Positions 1 through 8,277 of a stretch of DNA of 50,424 bases are shown in pieces. This DNA comes from a virus (lineage: Duplodnaviria > Caudoviricetes), in IMG/VR virus record IMGVR_UViG_3300037705_000022, positions 1 through 50,424 of that record; one strand, written 5' to 3'. Numbering within the stretch: position 1 is the stretch's first letter; each line of letters opens with the position of its first letter. The notes below the pieces were generated by a model. It searched no databases. It was given only the letters and a program-made list of their open reading frames with translations, and was not told the origin of the DNA. The position numbers were made by a program, and so were the translations under genes.

Positions 1-127
1 AGTCTCTGCCAACAGAATCTTCTCAAGTACCTTTGTTATCATCCAGCAATACCAACTGGCATTGTCGCGGTCGTCGCAACTGGGCTCAGTTATCCGAAAC
101 TGCTGATTCTCGACAACGAGCCACGCA
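1..127. repeat. Exact 127-bp terminal duplication (copy at 50298-50424); circular assembly overlap, genome length 50297 bp
   Basis: agtctctgcc...gagccacgca is identical at both ends; 127 is a common assembler k-mer; an ORF continues in frame across the junction. Confidence 0.95.
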
Positions 128-327
128 TTAGTGGCGTCTGGAATACAGCCCTCTCTGTGCTCATCGTCAGGCACAAGGGCGAAGCTTATTCGTGTATACT
201 TCGCGGCCAACTCACGTTCGCGCTCCGTTGCTTCAGGCGGCAACTGAGGCTGCCGCCTCCGAAACGGTTTATCATCCTTCGAGGGGTCGAAGCTCAAGTA
301 ATCGTCTGGGTCGTGTTGTGATGCCAT
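1..327 (-). CDS. Hypothetical protein spanning the circular junction (327->1, then 50297->50163; 153 aa, MASQHDPDDY...HCPTCG...HERTQA)
   Basis: Translated by hand; AGGAG RBS, TAATG overlap with the upstream ORF and TAATG overlap with 49831..50163; absent from the ORF track. Confidence 0.8.
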   Translation of the reverse strand, partial: MASQHDPDDYLSFDPSKDDKPFRRRQPQLPPEATERERELAAKYTRISFALVPDDEHREGCIPDATNAWLVVENQQFRITEPSCDDRDNASWYCWMITKVLEKILLAET

Positions 328-674
328 TACGCTTGCTCCTGTGCTCTCTTCTCACGAATTACCTTGACTACGTTTTGCCAACTATGGACGTGGATTCCTT
401 TGCGCCATTGCTTCTCTGCCACGAGCTTCGCGGAACTTGGCCACCACTCCCACCGTCGCAGTCGACCATCGGGAAACATGATGATCCAATGGTGCCCGTC
501 GTTGTGACGCTCGACAGTTGCTCCGATGATTGAGAATCCGATTGATGCCGCGTCGAATTCCCTGTTGGCAATTCCCAGCCTTCCCGAATGACGTTCACGC
601 CACCCACGAGGAACCCGCTGGCCTTTCTCTCTGACGTGCTCGACATCTCGGAATCTCTTTCTGCGTCGTGACAA
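327..674 (-). CDS. Hypothetical basic protein
   Basis: Fills the gap between coupled genes; flanked by a 17-bp direct repeat. Confidence 0.6.
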   Translation of the reverse strand: MSRRRKRFRDVEHVREKGQRVPRGWRERHSGRLGIANREFDAASIGFSIIGATVERHNDGHHWIIMFPDGRLRRWEWWPSSAKLVAEKQWRKGIHVHSWQNVVKVIREKRAQEQA

Positions 675-675
675 A

Positions 676-1305
676 TCACGCTTGCTCCTGTGCTGGTGTG
701 AGTTCAGCTTTACGTGCAGCGTACAGCGGTCGAAGCACGTCCTTTACCGCGTCACTCTTTTTTGCGAGTCCTCTGACAATCATCCCCAACGCTTCCAACG
801 TCTCAGCCGACGCAATCTCTTTCGTGCAATCTGCCACGTAGGTTGATTCGGATTCGGTTAGTGTTGGTGGATCTGGCTTGGCTGGCTGACTGGTTTTCGT
901 CTGGTCAAGTCGCTTTACGATGTACGCGCCCTTTGCACCCTTGCGGATCGTGACGACAAAAGCCATCTCAGTTTGCGGCAAGTCGGATAGGTGGCTGATC
1001 CGAAGCCCACCGCATTTTAGGCCGGCGTACTTGACTTCACCGTCTCGAAACAACCGCATGCTTCGGCCGATCCACGACTTGCCTTGTGTTCCGTCGTCGC
1101 CCCAAGCGTGAATGAATACCCGTCTCATCGAAAGGCACGGCATGTAAGGCTGATGTCCGCCGTCAATTACCATCTTCCACGGCTGCTGTGCGTTAGAGCG
1201 ATCAACCTCAATGTCGAGAAGTTTGACGGTGATCGGGCCGCATACCAAATCATCCGCGTTCAACTGATCGGATTTGGCTTTAATCGTGTCGCTTAGGTCT
1301 GTCAT
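676..1305 (-). CDS. Phage protein (KSDQLNADDL motif), probable recombination-module partner of the exonuclease
   Basis: ATGA-coupled directly downstream of the YqaJ exonuclease; function inferred from position. Confidence 0.6.
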   Translation of the reverse strand: MTDLSDTIKAKSDQLNADDLVCGPITVKLLDIEVDRSNAQQPWKMVIDGGHQPYMPCLSMRRVFIHAWGDDGTQGKSWIGRSMRLFRDGEVKYAGLKCGGLRISHLSDLPQTEMAFVVTIRKGAKGAYIVKRLDQTKTSQPAKPDPPTLTESESTYVADCTKEIASAETLEALGMIVRGLAKKSDAVKDVLRPLYAARKAELTPAQEQA

Positions 1306-1994
1306 TGGAACTCCGATGTCATTGCTGTTTGACTTTGAAAGATGATTTCGTGCTTCTGCTTTCGGATAGTCTTCTCGACTCGCTCAATCTCAGCAAGGAA
1401 CGTGAATAGGTGTTCCGCGATCTTCGATTGATAAGACTCTTCCGCTTCGTAGCAAACATGGAAAGGCTCTAATTCTGGATGCCATGCGTAGAAGTCCCAT
1501 ACAGGGCAACCACAGATAATCATTGATCCTTGCACTTGCGGCTTACTATAGAACTCACCATTGACTGGATTGAGCTTCATTTGCATTAGTACTTCGGGAG
1601 AAACGCATTTGATCTCTACACCACGATCGCACTTCCAGTGAGACTCATCGACTTTCCGTACGTTCACCAAACGATCCGGCGAGCATCCAAACAGGTCGGA
1701 GTAATCCGGTAAGACAAACCCGGCTTTCGTTGTCTTAACGCCGAATTGTTTCTCGTAGGCATGCGCGGCATTTGGCTCGTTTTCTCGGCCCCAATCCATC
1801 CATAGCGTTGGCATTCGTTCGACGCGGGCCAGTTTCATTCGAGCGGCAACGATCTCGCAGGCGTACTTCGTTGACTGCTTTGAGTAGTCGCACTTGGACG
1901 GCGTGATGAACTCATGGAATCGGCTCGCAGTAGGGCGAACACTGCGGATCTCTGCCCAAGCGTCCGATCCCTGCTCCACTGGAATAATTCTCAC
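1302..1994 (-). CDS. YqaJ-like / lambda exonuclease family recombination nuclease
   Basis: QGSDAW..R...TAS, MDWGRENEP, GCSPD, VEIKC, PQVQG motifs. Confidence 0.9.
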   Translation of the reverse strand: MRIIPVEQGSDAWAEIRSVRPTASRFHEFITPSKCDYSKQSTKYACEIVAARMKLARVERMPTLWMDWGRENEPNAAHAYEKQFGVKTTKAGFVLPDYSDLFGCSPDRLVNVRKVDESHWKCDRGVEIKCVSPEVLMQMKLNPVNGEFYSKPQVQGSMIICGCPVWDFYAWHPELEPFHVCYEAEESYQSKIAEHLFTFLAEIERVEKTIRKQKHEIIFQSQTAMTSEFQ

Positions 1995-3193
1995 AGCGTG
2001 CCTTTCTCAAGTCGGACCATCAGGTCACGAAGTCGCTCGATGAAGTCAACACCGAGTTGATTGAATTGCTCCATCGCTTCTGGTGACGATAGAACAGGCA
2101 ACGGAATGTCCGACAGTGCAACGATATAGGCGTCGATCTTCTCGCGATCCGGTGCCAGTGCTGCGATACGTGCCGCCTCATCTGCCGCGTCTTTGGCTTC
2201 AGCTTCCTTGCGTGCGATCTCGGCCAATCGTTCACGTTCGATGCGGTCTGCCTGTTCCTTGGCGGCCGTGGCGATACGTTCGGCTTCCTCTTTGGCCTCT
2301 TGCTCTTTGCGGAATGCTTCGGCGCGGGCTTCCTGTTCTTTGGCCTTCTCGTAATCCAGTCGCATCACGACGAGATGTTGCTCGAATTCCGCATCGGTCA
2401 GTTGCATCATCTCCGATGCCTGCGCGTCGGAGTTAATCGCACTAAGGCAAGCCGCCCTAAACGCAAGCCTCTTTTTTCGCTCCGCATTCTCGGCGTCTTC
2501 AATCGCCTTTTGCCTGGCTTCAATCTCGGCTCGCTGTCGGTCGAATTCCGCCTGTTGCTCGGCTTGCTTCTTTGCGAGTTCGGCTTGCTGACGTGCAATC
2601 TCGGCCGCCTGTGTTGCCTGTTCTTCCGCGACCTTTGCGAGTCGTTCGGCTTCTGCTTTGCGTGCCGCTTCCTCTTCTGCCTTGGCTTTCTCGGCGGCGT
2701 CGAATGCCGTTTTCTTCTCGTCATAAAAAGCATTGAATGCAGGAGCATCCATGAACTGCAATTCGATCATCGGGACCATCACGTTGATCTTGGCAAGCAC
2801 GTCACAACGGCGTTTGTTCTCGACTTCGCGGGCTTGCTTTTCGACTTCGGCCAGTCGCTCGGCTTCACGCGCCGCAGTTTCCTCGAGTTCCTTGAGTCGA
2901 GTTTCTTCGGGAGTGATAATCGCGGTCAACTCTTTGGCAACGGAATCAACTTTCTTTCCGTATGCCAGTGCGTCGGCCTTGAGTTCCTTACGCTTGGCTT
3001 CTATGGTTGTCCGCATCTTCTGGAGCGACAGGCGATTCTCGCGAGCCAATGCCATTCCCTTCGCGTCGTCCGGTCCTGTGACTGTGACGAGCTTTGACTT
3101 ATCGACAGTCTTTTGGATCTCAGCTTTCGCAATGCCGTACTTGGCCATCACGCTTGATTCGGTTTTCGGTGCGTCTAATAGCTCGGTGGTCAT
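1991..3193 (-). CDS. Long coiled-coil protein of the recombination module
   Basis: A/E/K/R-rich heptads; start MTTELL at 3193 after a GAAAGGAA RBS. Confidence 0.75.
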   Translation of the reverse strand: MTTELLDAPKTESSVMAKYGIAKAEIQKTVDKSKLVTVTGPDDAKGMALARENRLSLQKMRTTIEAKRKELKADALAYGKKVDSVAKELTAIITPEETRLKELEETAAREAERLAEVEKQAREVENKRRCDVLAKINVMVPMIELQFMDAPAFNAFYDEKKTAFDAAEKAKAEEEAARKAEAERLAKVAEEQATQAAEIARQQAELAKKQAEQQAEFDRQRAEIEARQKAIEDAENAERKKRLAFRAACLSAINSDAQASEMMQLTDAEFEQHLVVMRLDYEKAKEQEARAEAFRKEQEAKEEAERIATAAKEQADRIERERLAEIARKEAEAKDAADEAARIAALAPDREKIDAYIVALSDIPLPVLSSPEAMEQFNQLGVDFIERLRDLMVRLEKGTL

Positions 3194-3287
3194 GGGGTTC
3201 CTTTCTGGTTGGCAACTCTTCGATAATTTCGATGAGTTCAATAACTCGGTGGAATGGCAGCGAAACAAACGCGCGTCACGTAGATCA

Positions 3288-4205
3288 TTAGAAAATGCTG
3301 TCGATTAGTTCGACCAAGTAAGCCGTGTCAACCTTCGACTGATCGCGTTCACGCAATGCGTCAATGACTTGGTTGAAGTAAGCCGTATCAACTCCAGTAA
3401 GCTGTTCTTCCAAGACTTCGACGCTCGACAAGTCCATCGCGTTAAGTTGCATGACCATCTTGAGATATTGGCCAGCCGTAACGTGCCAGCCGCGTTCGAT
3501 AAACTTGCGAGTTCGGATGATCGAGCAAAGCGGGTACTTTGACCCGACGTACCGAAGCTCACGAGCAAGCAATGCCTCCAGTGATTCAGGTCGCAAGCAC
3601 AGTCGGTTGTCCCAGCTTGACCAGTAGTTCATGCAATGCGCGAAGTCGTAGTTCTCGTGGATCTGGTCAGGTTCACCGAAGAATCGCGTGACGAGTTGAA
3701 TGCGGCCTTTCAGCGTGATGGCGTTGGCTGAAAGATAGACCGCTCGATATGGCGGCTTGTCGTCTTTCTCTTCCGCGTCCTGGACGATGTTCAGAATCTT
3801 GGCAACGTACTCCGATGCTTCGCCAGTCTCGGGATTGACGCCCTCAAAATACTGATACTCGTTCGACGACGACTCCGATATCGCGCCGACCGACTTGACG
3901 ACAACGCGAACTCTGTCGCCTAAGTCTTCAACGTAAATCTGAACCGGGTTGCCGTTCTTAAATCTCTTCGGAGGATTCTTTGAAAACTGCGTTGCGTAGT
4001 AAGTGGCAATCGCGAACGTCGCTTCCTTCGTGCGGAAGTACATATCGAAGTCGTTGACGTCTTCTCCGAGAAGCATCGACGCGATTGCTCCGCCAGTGAT
4101 GATCGTATTGTTCTTTGCAAGCTCGCGAACCGCTTCGTCGTCAATGCTCTTGAGCCATGACCGGAACTTGGAATTGCACACTGATTTGACGTTCTTTGCC
4201 TTCAT
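3288..4205 (-). CDS. Putative Pol-beta-superfamily nucleotidyltransferase
   Basis: ITGGAIASMLLGEDVNDFDMYF = hGG..x..DhD signature; later QLV...YDFAHC motif. Confidence 0.65.
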   Translation of the reverse strand: MKAKNVKSVCNSKFRSWLKSIDDEAVRELAKNNTIITGGAIASMLLGEDVNDFDMYFRTKEATFAIATYYATQFSKNPPKRFKNGNPVQIYVEDLGDRVRVVVKSVGAISESSSNEYQYFEGVNPETGEASEYVAKILNIVQDAEEKDDKPPYRAVYLSANAITLKGRIQLVTRFFGEPDQIHENYDFAHCMNYWSSWDNRLCLRPESLEALLARELRYVGSKYPLCSIIRTRKFIERGWHVTAGQYLKMVMQLNAMDLSSVEVLEEQLTGVDTAYFNQVIDALRERDQSKVDTAYLVELIDSIF

Positions 4206-4283
4206 CGTTTCCCTTTCGTGTATTCAGGCGGGTGCTGAACACACCCGCCAAGGTCTCCAACAAGTCGACCTACTTACCAAGTT

Positions 4284-4667
4284 TCAAAACTGTTTTAATT
4301 GTTGCTTGCGTTCTGCAAGTAAGTCTCTTAGTTCTTGCAGTCGCCACATCCTGATCGTGTCTCGGCGCTGGAGAAGTTCCGCAACACGTTCTTCGCCGAT
4401 CTCTTCTCGCAACCGATCCTCGAATATGCGACGACGTCCATTGTCGATACCCTGGCACTCGTAGCACTGAGGACGGCAGTTGTCGAAGTCCCAGCGGATT
4501 GATTTGCACTTCCGACTCCAAAGGTGTCCGCACGTCATTTGATGCCATAGATCAACACGGTCGCAGGTGTAGCAAGTCACGGCTCCGAATCGCCTTGCCG
4601 ACAACCTCACAACCTTTGAGTGTGCTATGTCGAGTCGAAGTATCAGCCTGGTTCGTTCGTTCGGCAT
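4284..4667 (-). CDS. ninG: NinG/Rap-like recombination endonuclease
   Basis: CYTC...CGHLWSR...IRWDFDNCRPQCYEC pattern. Confidence 0.8.
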   Translation of the reverse strand: MPNERTRLILRLDIAHSKVVRLSARRFGAVTCYTCDRVDLWHQMTCGHLWSRKCKSIRWDFDNCRPQCYECQGIDNGRRRIFEDRLREEIGEERVAELLQRRDTIRMWRLQELRDLLAERKQQLKQF

Positions 4668-5077
4668 TAGGCTTCCTTTATCTCGATACCATACTCAGCG
4701 CGAAGCATTCTCACTTTGAGGTTAAATATCTGAGTCCTTACGCCCTTTGCGTCCTCCCACACCCACACCTTTCCGTCGTAGTATTTGAAGTCCGCAGCGT
4801 ACGTAGCAACCTTGATTCCTTTGACGTGAAGATCCCACTTTGGCTGCAACTGCAAGCGTTCAATAACTCCTGCGTTCTCCATCAACTTCAATTCGCAGTA
4901 ACGCTTCATCTCGCGAATCGAATCGAACACGATCCCATCAAGAGTCCGGTCCTCTTTCTTTCCTACGCCGTACTTGTGACGCTTCGGAGTCGTGTCGCCG
5001 ATCGGTTCGAGCCCAAGTAGCTCGCGACGTTGGCGAGGAGGCAGGTCGCTGATGTTGATCTTGTCGTCGCGTCCCAT
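4667..5077 (-). CDS. DUF1064-family PD-(D/E)xK endonuclease
   Basis: HKYG...DGIVFDSIRE..RY..L, LQPKW, YAADFKY, EDAKG. Confidence 0.85.
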   Translation of the reverse strand: MGRDDKINISDLPPRQRRELLGLEPIGDTTPKRHKYGVGKKEDRTLDGIVFDSIREMKRYCELKLMENAGVIERLQLQPKWDLHVKGIKVATYAADFKYYDGKVWVWEDAKGVRTQIFNLKVRMLRAEYGIEIKEA

Positions 5078-5088
5078 GTCGCTTCCAT

Positions 5089-5355
5089 TCAGATTCGTAC
5101 GGTCTTTGGCGGGACTACCTCGGCACTACTCGCGAACATCACGTTGCCGTGAGTGATTCGCATAGTCCCGCGCTCGTCAATGTCCACTTCTTGACCAGAG
5201 AACATTTCCAGGAACACAGGCCGCTTGAGGAAGAACGTCTGCAAGTTGAGCGTGTTGTATACGGTCGCATCGGGCGGCAGAGATTCAATTGCTCTCCTTA
5301 AATCGTCGAGCCGCTCAAGCGACTTTACTTGCGTGTGGTGTCTTTCAGTTTCCAT
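5089..5355 (-). CDS. Hypothetical protein
   Basis: ORF in operon orientation; likely start METERH. Confidence 0.5.
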   Translation of the reverse strand: METERHHTQVKSLERLDDLRRAIESLPPDATVYNTLNLQTFFLKRPVFLEMFSGQEVDIDERGTMRITHGNVMFASSAEVVPPKTVRI

Positions 5356-5521
5356 ACAGTGACTCCGAAACGCAGCCGACATATACTCCGACTGCTAGGG
5401 TTAGAATTGGGACTGTGATTTGTAACGCGGTGAGTACCATCTCAATCGCTCCCTGGTCCGTGCTTTCCATCGCTGTAGTAACGGTCGACTAGCTCTTCGT
5501 AGGTGAGGAATTCGTCACGCA

Positions 5522-5680
5522 TCAGGCAGCCTCCTTGAGTTCACCGCGACGAATCTTCACTTCCTTGGGTGCTTCGATTGCAACGTGAACCCGACCACCT
5601 TTGATCTTCGTGATCGTAATGGTCACGTCGTTTCCGAGTTGAATCTTCTCATTCACCTTGCGGGATAAAATCAGAGACAT
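5522..5680 (-). CDS. csrA: CsrA/RsmA-family RNA-binding translational regulator (52 aa, below the ORF-track cutoff)
   Basis: MSLILSRKVNEKIQLGNDVTITITKIKGGRVHVAIEAPKEVKIRRGELKEAA; AAGGAGG RBS. Confidence 0.92.
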   Translation of the reverse strand: MSLILSRKVNEKIQLGNDVTITITKIKGGRVHVAIEAPKEVKIRRGELKEAA

Positions 5681-5711
5681 ATTCAAACCTCCTTGTTTGG
5701 TTAGCGGTGAG

Positions 5712-5873
5712 TTACTTGCTGTTTTTGCCGAAAGACAAACCAGCCAGCTTGCGAACGATACCGTAGCCGCGGTAGAACTTTTTTCGCTGTCGTTCTGTGT
5801 CGATCTTGTCAGGATCGATGCCGTGTTCGCGAGCTTCCTGCTGAGCCTTCAATATTGCCTGTTCGTAGTTCAT
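5712..5873 (-). CDS. Small hypothetical protein (MNYEQAILK...)
   Basis: GAAAGGGA RBS before the ATG at 5873. Confidence 0.55.
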   Translation of the reverse strand: MNYEQAILKAQQEAREHGIDPDKIDTERQRKKFYRGYGIVRKLAGLSFGKNSK

Positions 5874-5886
5874 GCGATTCCCTTTC

Positions 5887-6198
5887 TTAGCGGTAAATGT
5901 TCCGTCTCTGCGTAATGTCGTTGATCGGACTAATCGGCTTCGCATCAGGTGGCCGAGTCGCTCGTGTCGCTCGGTCCCTGTCGTCGCGGTGTGCGTTCTC
6001 TGAAATCCAATCGTGCGCGCCGTTGCTGCTAGCCAGTGTCCGATGTGTTTCGTTGCACACGATCTGACAGTCGGCACCGATTCGGAACTCACCACGAGTC
6101 CAACGGTACGTCGGCGTGCGGTTCAGGTAATCTCTCGGCTTCGATTCTCGTTCGTTGCGTTCCATCGCTTGTTTGTTCTCCCGTCCCAGCGTCCGCAT
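5887..6198 (-). CDS. Hypothetical protein (start uncertain, probably MERNER)
   Basis: ORF track; GGGAGA RBS upstream of the internal ATG. Confidence 0.45.
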   Translation of the reverse strand: MRTLGRENKQAMERNERESKPRDYLNRTPTYRWTRGEFRIGADCQIVCNETHRTLASSNGAHDWISENAHRDDRDRATRATRPPDAKPISPINDITQRRNIYR

Positions 6199-6258
6199 CG
6201 TGCCTAGCTGGGCTTACTCCTATGGGCTCGCGTCGTGCGGGCCGAACTCCGTGATTCA

Positions 6259-6516
6259 CTACTGCCTTCCAAACAACACATCCGCCACGGCCACGATGTA
6301 CATCACGAGATATGCTGTCCGCGCGTCGCTGTCGCACAACACGTCGATCACGACCGGCGACCAGCGGCGTCCACCACTCCGCAGGCAGGCAGACATCACT
6401 GCCGCGTTCGGCAGGACAGCGACTCCGGCGAATGCTGCGTCGACAACGCGAGCGAATGATGGGCGATTGCTGTAATCGGCGTGGTTGATTGTTAGTGTCT
6501 TCGTCATCGTTTTCAT
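6259..6516 (-). CDS. Repeat-array cassette gene 6, orphan (85 aa)
   Basis: Start embedded in repeat copy 1. Confidence 0.7.
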   Translation of the reverse strand: MKTMTKTLTINHADYSNRPSFARVVDAAFAGVAVLPNAAVMSACLRSGGRRWSPVVIDVLCDSDARTAYLVMYIVAVADVLFGRQ

Positions 6517-6573
6517 TCCTTCAATGGGGCCGCGGGGTGCGGCAGTGGGTTGATTCGCTCCGGGGGACGGTGA

Positions 6574-6840
6574 CTAGGCAGGTATCAACCCCTTGCGGAG
6601 TAGCTCAGCGGTCAATCCATTGATCGCTCGCGGGTTGCTGACAGCCCGCAGAAACTGTCCGTTGTACACAGAGCACGACTCCGCTGCCTTCTCAATCGCA
6701 TCCTGTTCTGTTTCCGTCTCTACGATGGCAACCAGCTTATCCAGTCCGCTCTCAAACGTGCTCTTTGGGTTCCTAGCGCGGCCGACACTGGATTGATTAG
6801 CAGCATTCCATCCGCGTCGAATAACGTAAAATGTTGTCAT
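6574..6840 (-). CDS. Repeat-array cassette gene 5, orphan (MTTFYVIRRGW..., 88 aa)
   Basis: ATG is the last codon of repeat copy 2. Confidence 0.75.
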   Translation of the reverse strand: MTTFYVIRRGWNAANQSSVGRARNPKSTFESGLDKLVAIVETETEQDAIEKAAESCSVYNGQFLRAVSNPRAINGLTAELLRKGLIPA

Positions 6841-6887
6841 CGTTTCATTCCTTTCAATGGGGCCGCGTTGCGGCGGGTGGGTGGTGG

Positions 6888-7502
6888 CTAGGCCCATGAC
6901 GCAACTTCGGATTGCGGCTCAGCCCCGCAATCACAGCACGCGCACGTTCCGCCGGCACGGCGAATGGTGTCGACGTCCTCCTGAGTCATTCCGATCGTCG
7001 GAGTGCCACCGTCGCCAAATCTCGACACAACACACGTCGGGCACAGGAATAATGGCCGATAGAAACTCAATCGGTCCCAGACGTGTACTTTCGCTCCGGG
7101 GGACGGTGCCTGCTCAGCGTCTAGGTACCAATAGCCGTCGCTGCCGAGCGTGCAGCCGCACACCGGGCACTCGTCGCCAGCGGTGTGTTGCGAATCGTCC
7201 GCTGTAGCTCGTCCGTCACCGTCTCTGTGCGTGCATTTGGTTGCGTTCGTTTCGTTCTCCTTGGGGCAGGTGGGTGCCATCTCGACTGTCGCAGGTGCCC
7301 CGCGAAACCAAACCGCCAACGGATCGTTCCAGATTCGCAGGAATGCTCCTGCGTCGTCGCGGCAGTGATCTACCTCACCGTGTCGGTGCATGCCGGATTT
7401 TGCTGCCTCCATCTCTTGTGGGCAGCTCCACGCTTGCCCTCCGAACTCTAATGCCAGTCGTTCTGACAAGACTGGTTGGTCGTTAGTCTCCATCGTCTTC
7501 AT
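6888..7502 (-). CDS. Repeat-array cassette gene 4, Cys-rich (CPVC, CPTC, CACCDC), apparently a fusion of cassettes
   Basis: Starts in repeat copy 3; contains an internal relic repeat. Confidence 0.65.
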   Translation of the reverse strand: MKTMETNDQPVLSERLALEFGGQAWSCPQEMEAAKSGMHRHGEVDHCRDDAGAFLRIWNDPLAVWFRGAPATVEMAPTCPKENETNATKCTHRDGDGRATADDSQHTAGDECPVCGCTLGSDGYWYLDAEQAPSPGAKVHVWDRLSFYRPLFLCPTCVVSRFGDGGTPTIGMTQEDVDTIRRAGGTCACCDCGAEPQSEVASWA

Positions 7503-7549
7503 TCTCCTTGGGGCCGCGTTCTGCGGCAGGTGGTGGTGATATCGAGACA

Positions 7550-7774
7550 CTAGCAATGCACGGCAATCCATTGTGCTGCGTCATCGCTCGTGACACGTCG
7601 AAATACCTCGCGTGGGTCGTCGTGGTACATATTGCACCCAGCCGGCATGTCCACCCGGTTCCCCCACCCCTCGACCAATCGGCCGTCTGTAATCAGTCCG
7701 CGATCGGTCAGGATGGCGATCATTTTTCGGATCTGGGAAAAAGTTGCCTCTTGGGTTGCATTCATCGGTTTCAT
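7550..7774 (-). CDS. Repeat-array cassette gene 3, orphan (74 aa)
   Basis: Starts in repeat copy 4 with an AAGGAG RBS. Confidence 0.75.
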   Translation of the reverse strand: MKPMNATQEATFSQIRKMIAILTDRGLITDGRLVEGWGNRVDMPAGCNMYHDDPREVFRRVTSDDAAQWIAVHC

Positions 7775-7812
7775 TCTCCTTGGGGCCGCGCTATGCGGCA
7801 GGTGGTGGTGAT

Positions 7813-8226
7813 CTAGCGAAACAAGTCAGCCAATTTGCGGAGCGGCGAATCCGCGACGATATCGCCGGTCCCAACTGTCCCTAGTCGTCGCTCGGGGCCT
7901 TTGGCGAGACATTCGCCGCAGACATGGAGCTCAGACCAGATCGAGCCGGCGGTCTGATCGCCGTCCCACTCAGCGATAACGTACGGGCGCTCGACCAACT
8001 CTCGCCGCACTCCCTCGCGGGCGAGTTGGACGTATACCTGACTCAGATCGTCATCGCCGTCGATGGCCGCGGCGAAAATCTCTGGCCACGGCGTGATTGT
8101 CTGGCCATGGCGGACGCCGCGCGGCGTCAGGTCGACGATCATGAGCCTTCCATCGATACGGATTTCGGAACGCGGTACGCGACAGTCCGTGGCCAGCATC
8201 GCGACGCGAGTTGTTACCGTTTTCAT
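7813..8226 (-). CDS. Repeat-array cassette gene 2, orphan (137 aa)
   Basis: ATG is the last codon of repeat copy 5. Confidence 0.75.
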   Translation of the reverse strand: MKTVTTRVAMLATDCRVPRSEIRIDGRLMIVDLTPRGVRHGQTITPWPEIFAAAIDGDDDLSQVYVQLAREGVRRELVERPYVIAEWDGDQTAGSIWSELHVCGECLAKGPERRLGTVGTGDIVADSPLRKLADLFR

Positions 8227-8277
8227 CGTTTCATTCCTTTCAATGGGGCCGCGTTGCGGCGGGTGGGTGGTGGATGG

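Larger units (their letters stand above)
6505..8273 (-). repeat. Five ~50-bp intergenic repeats (6505-6550, 6838-6887, 7491-7540, 7763-7812, 8224-8273) plus a hairpin-deleted relic (7248-7276)
   Basis: Minus-strand copies 2 and 5 are identical over 50 bp: CCACCACCCACCCGCCGCAACGCGGCCCCATTGAAAGGAATGAAACGATG; GCCGC/GCGGC stem invariant, loop variable. Confidence 0.95.

Noticed and set aside
6505-8273. A canonical CRISPR array
   Set aside because: The intervals are 220-600 bp protein-coding genes of unequal length, the repeats are degenerate and no cas genes are adjacent; reported instead as repeat-like elements
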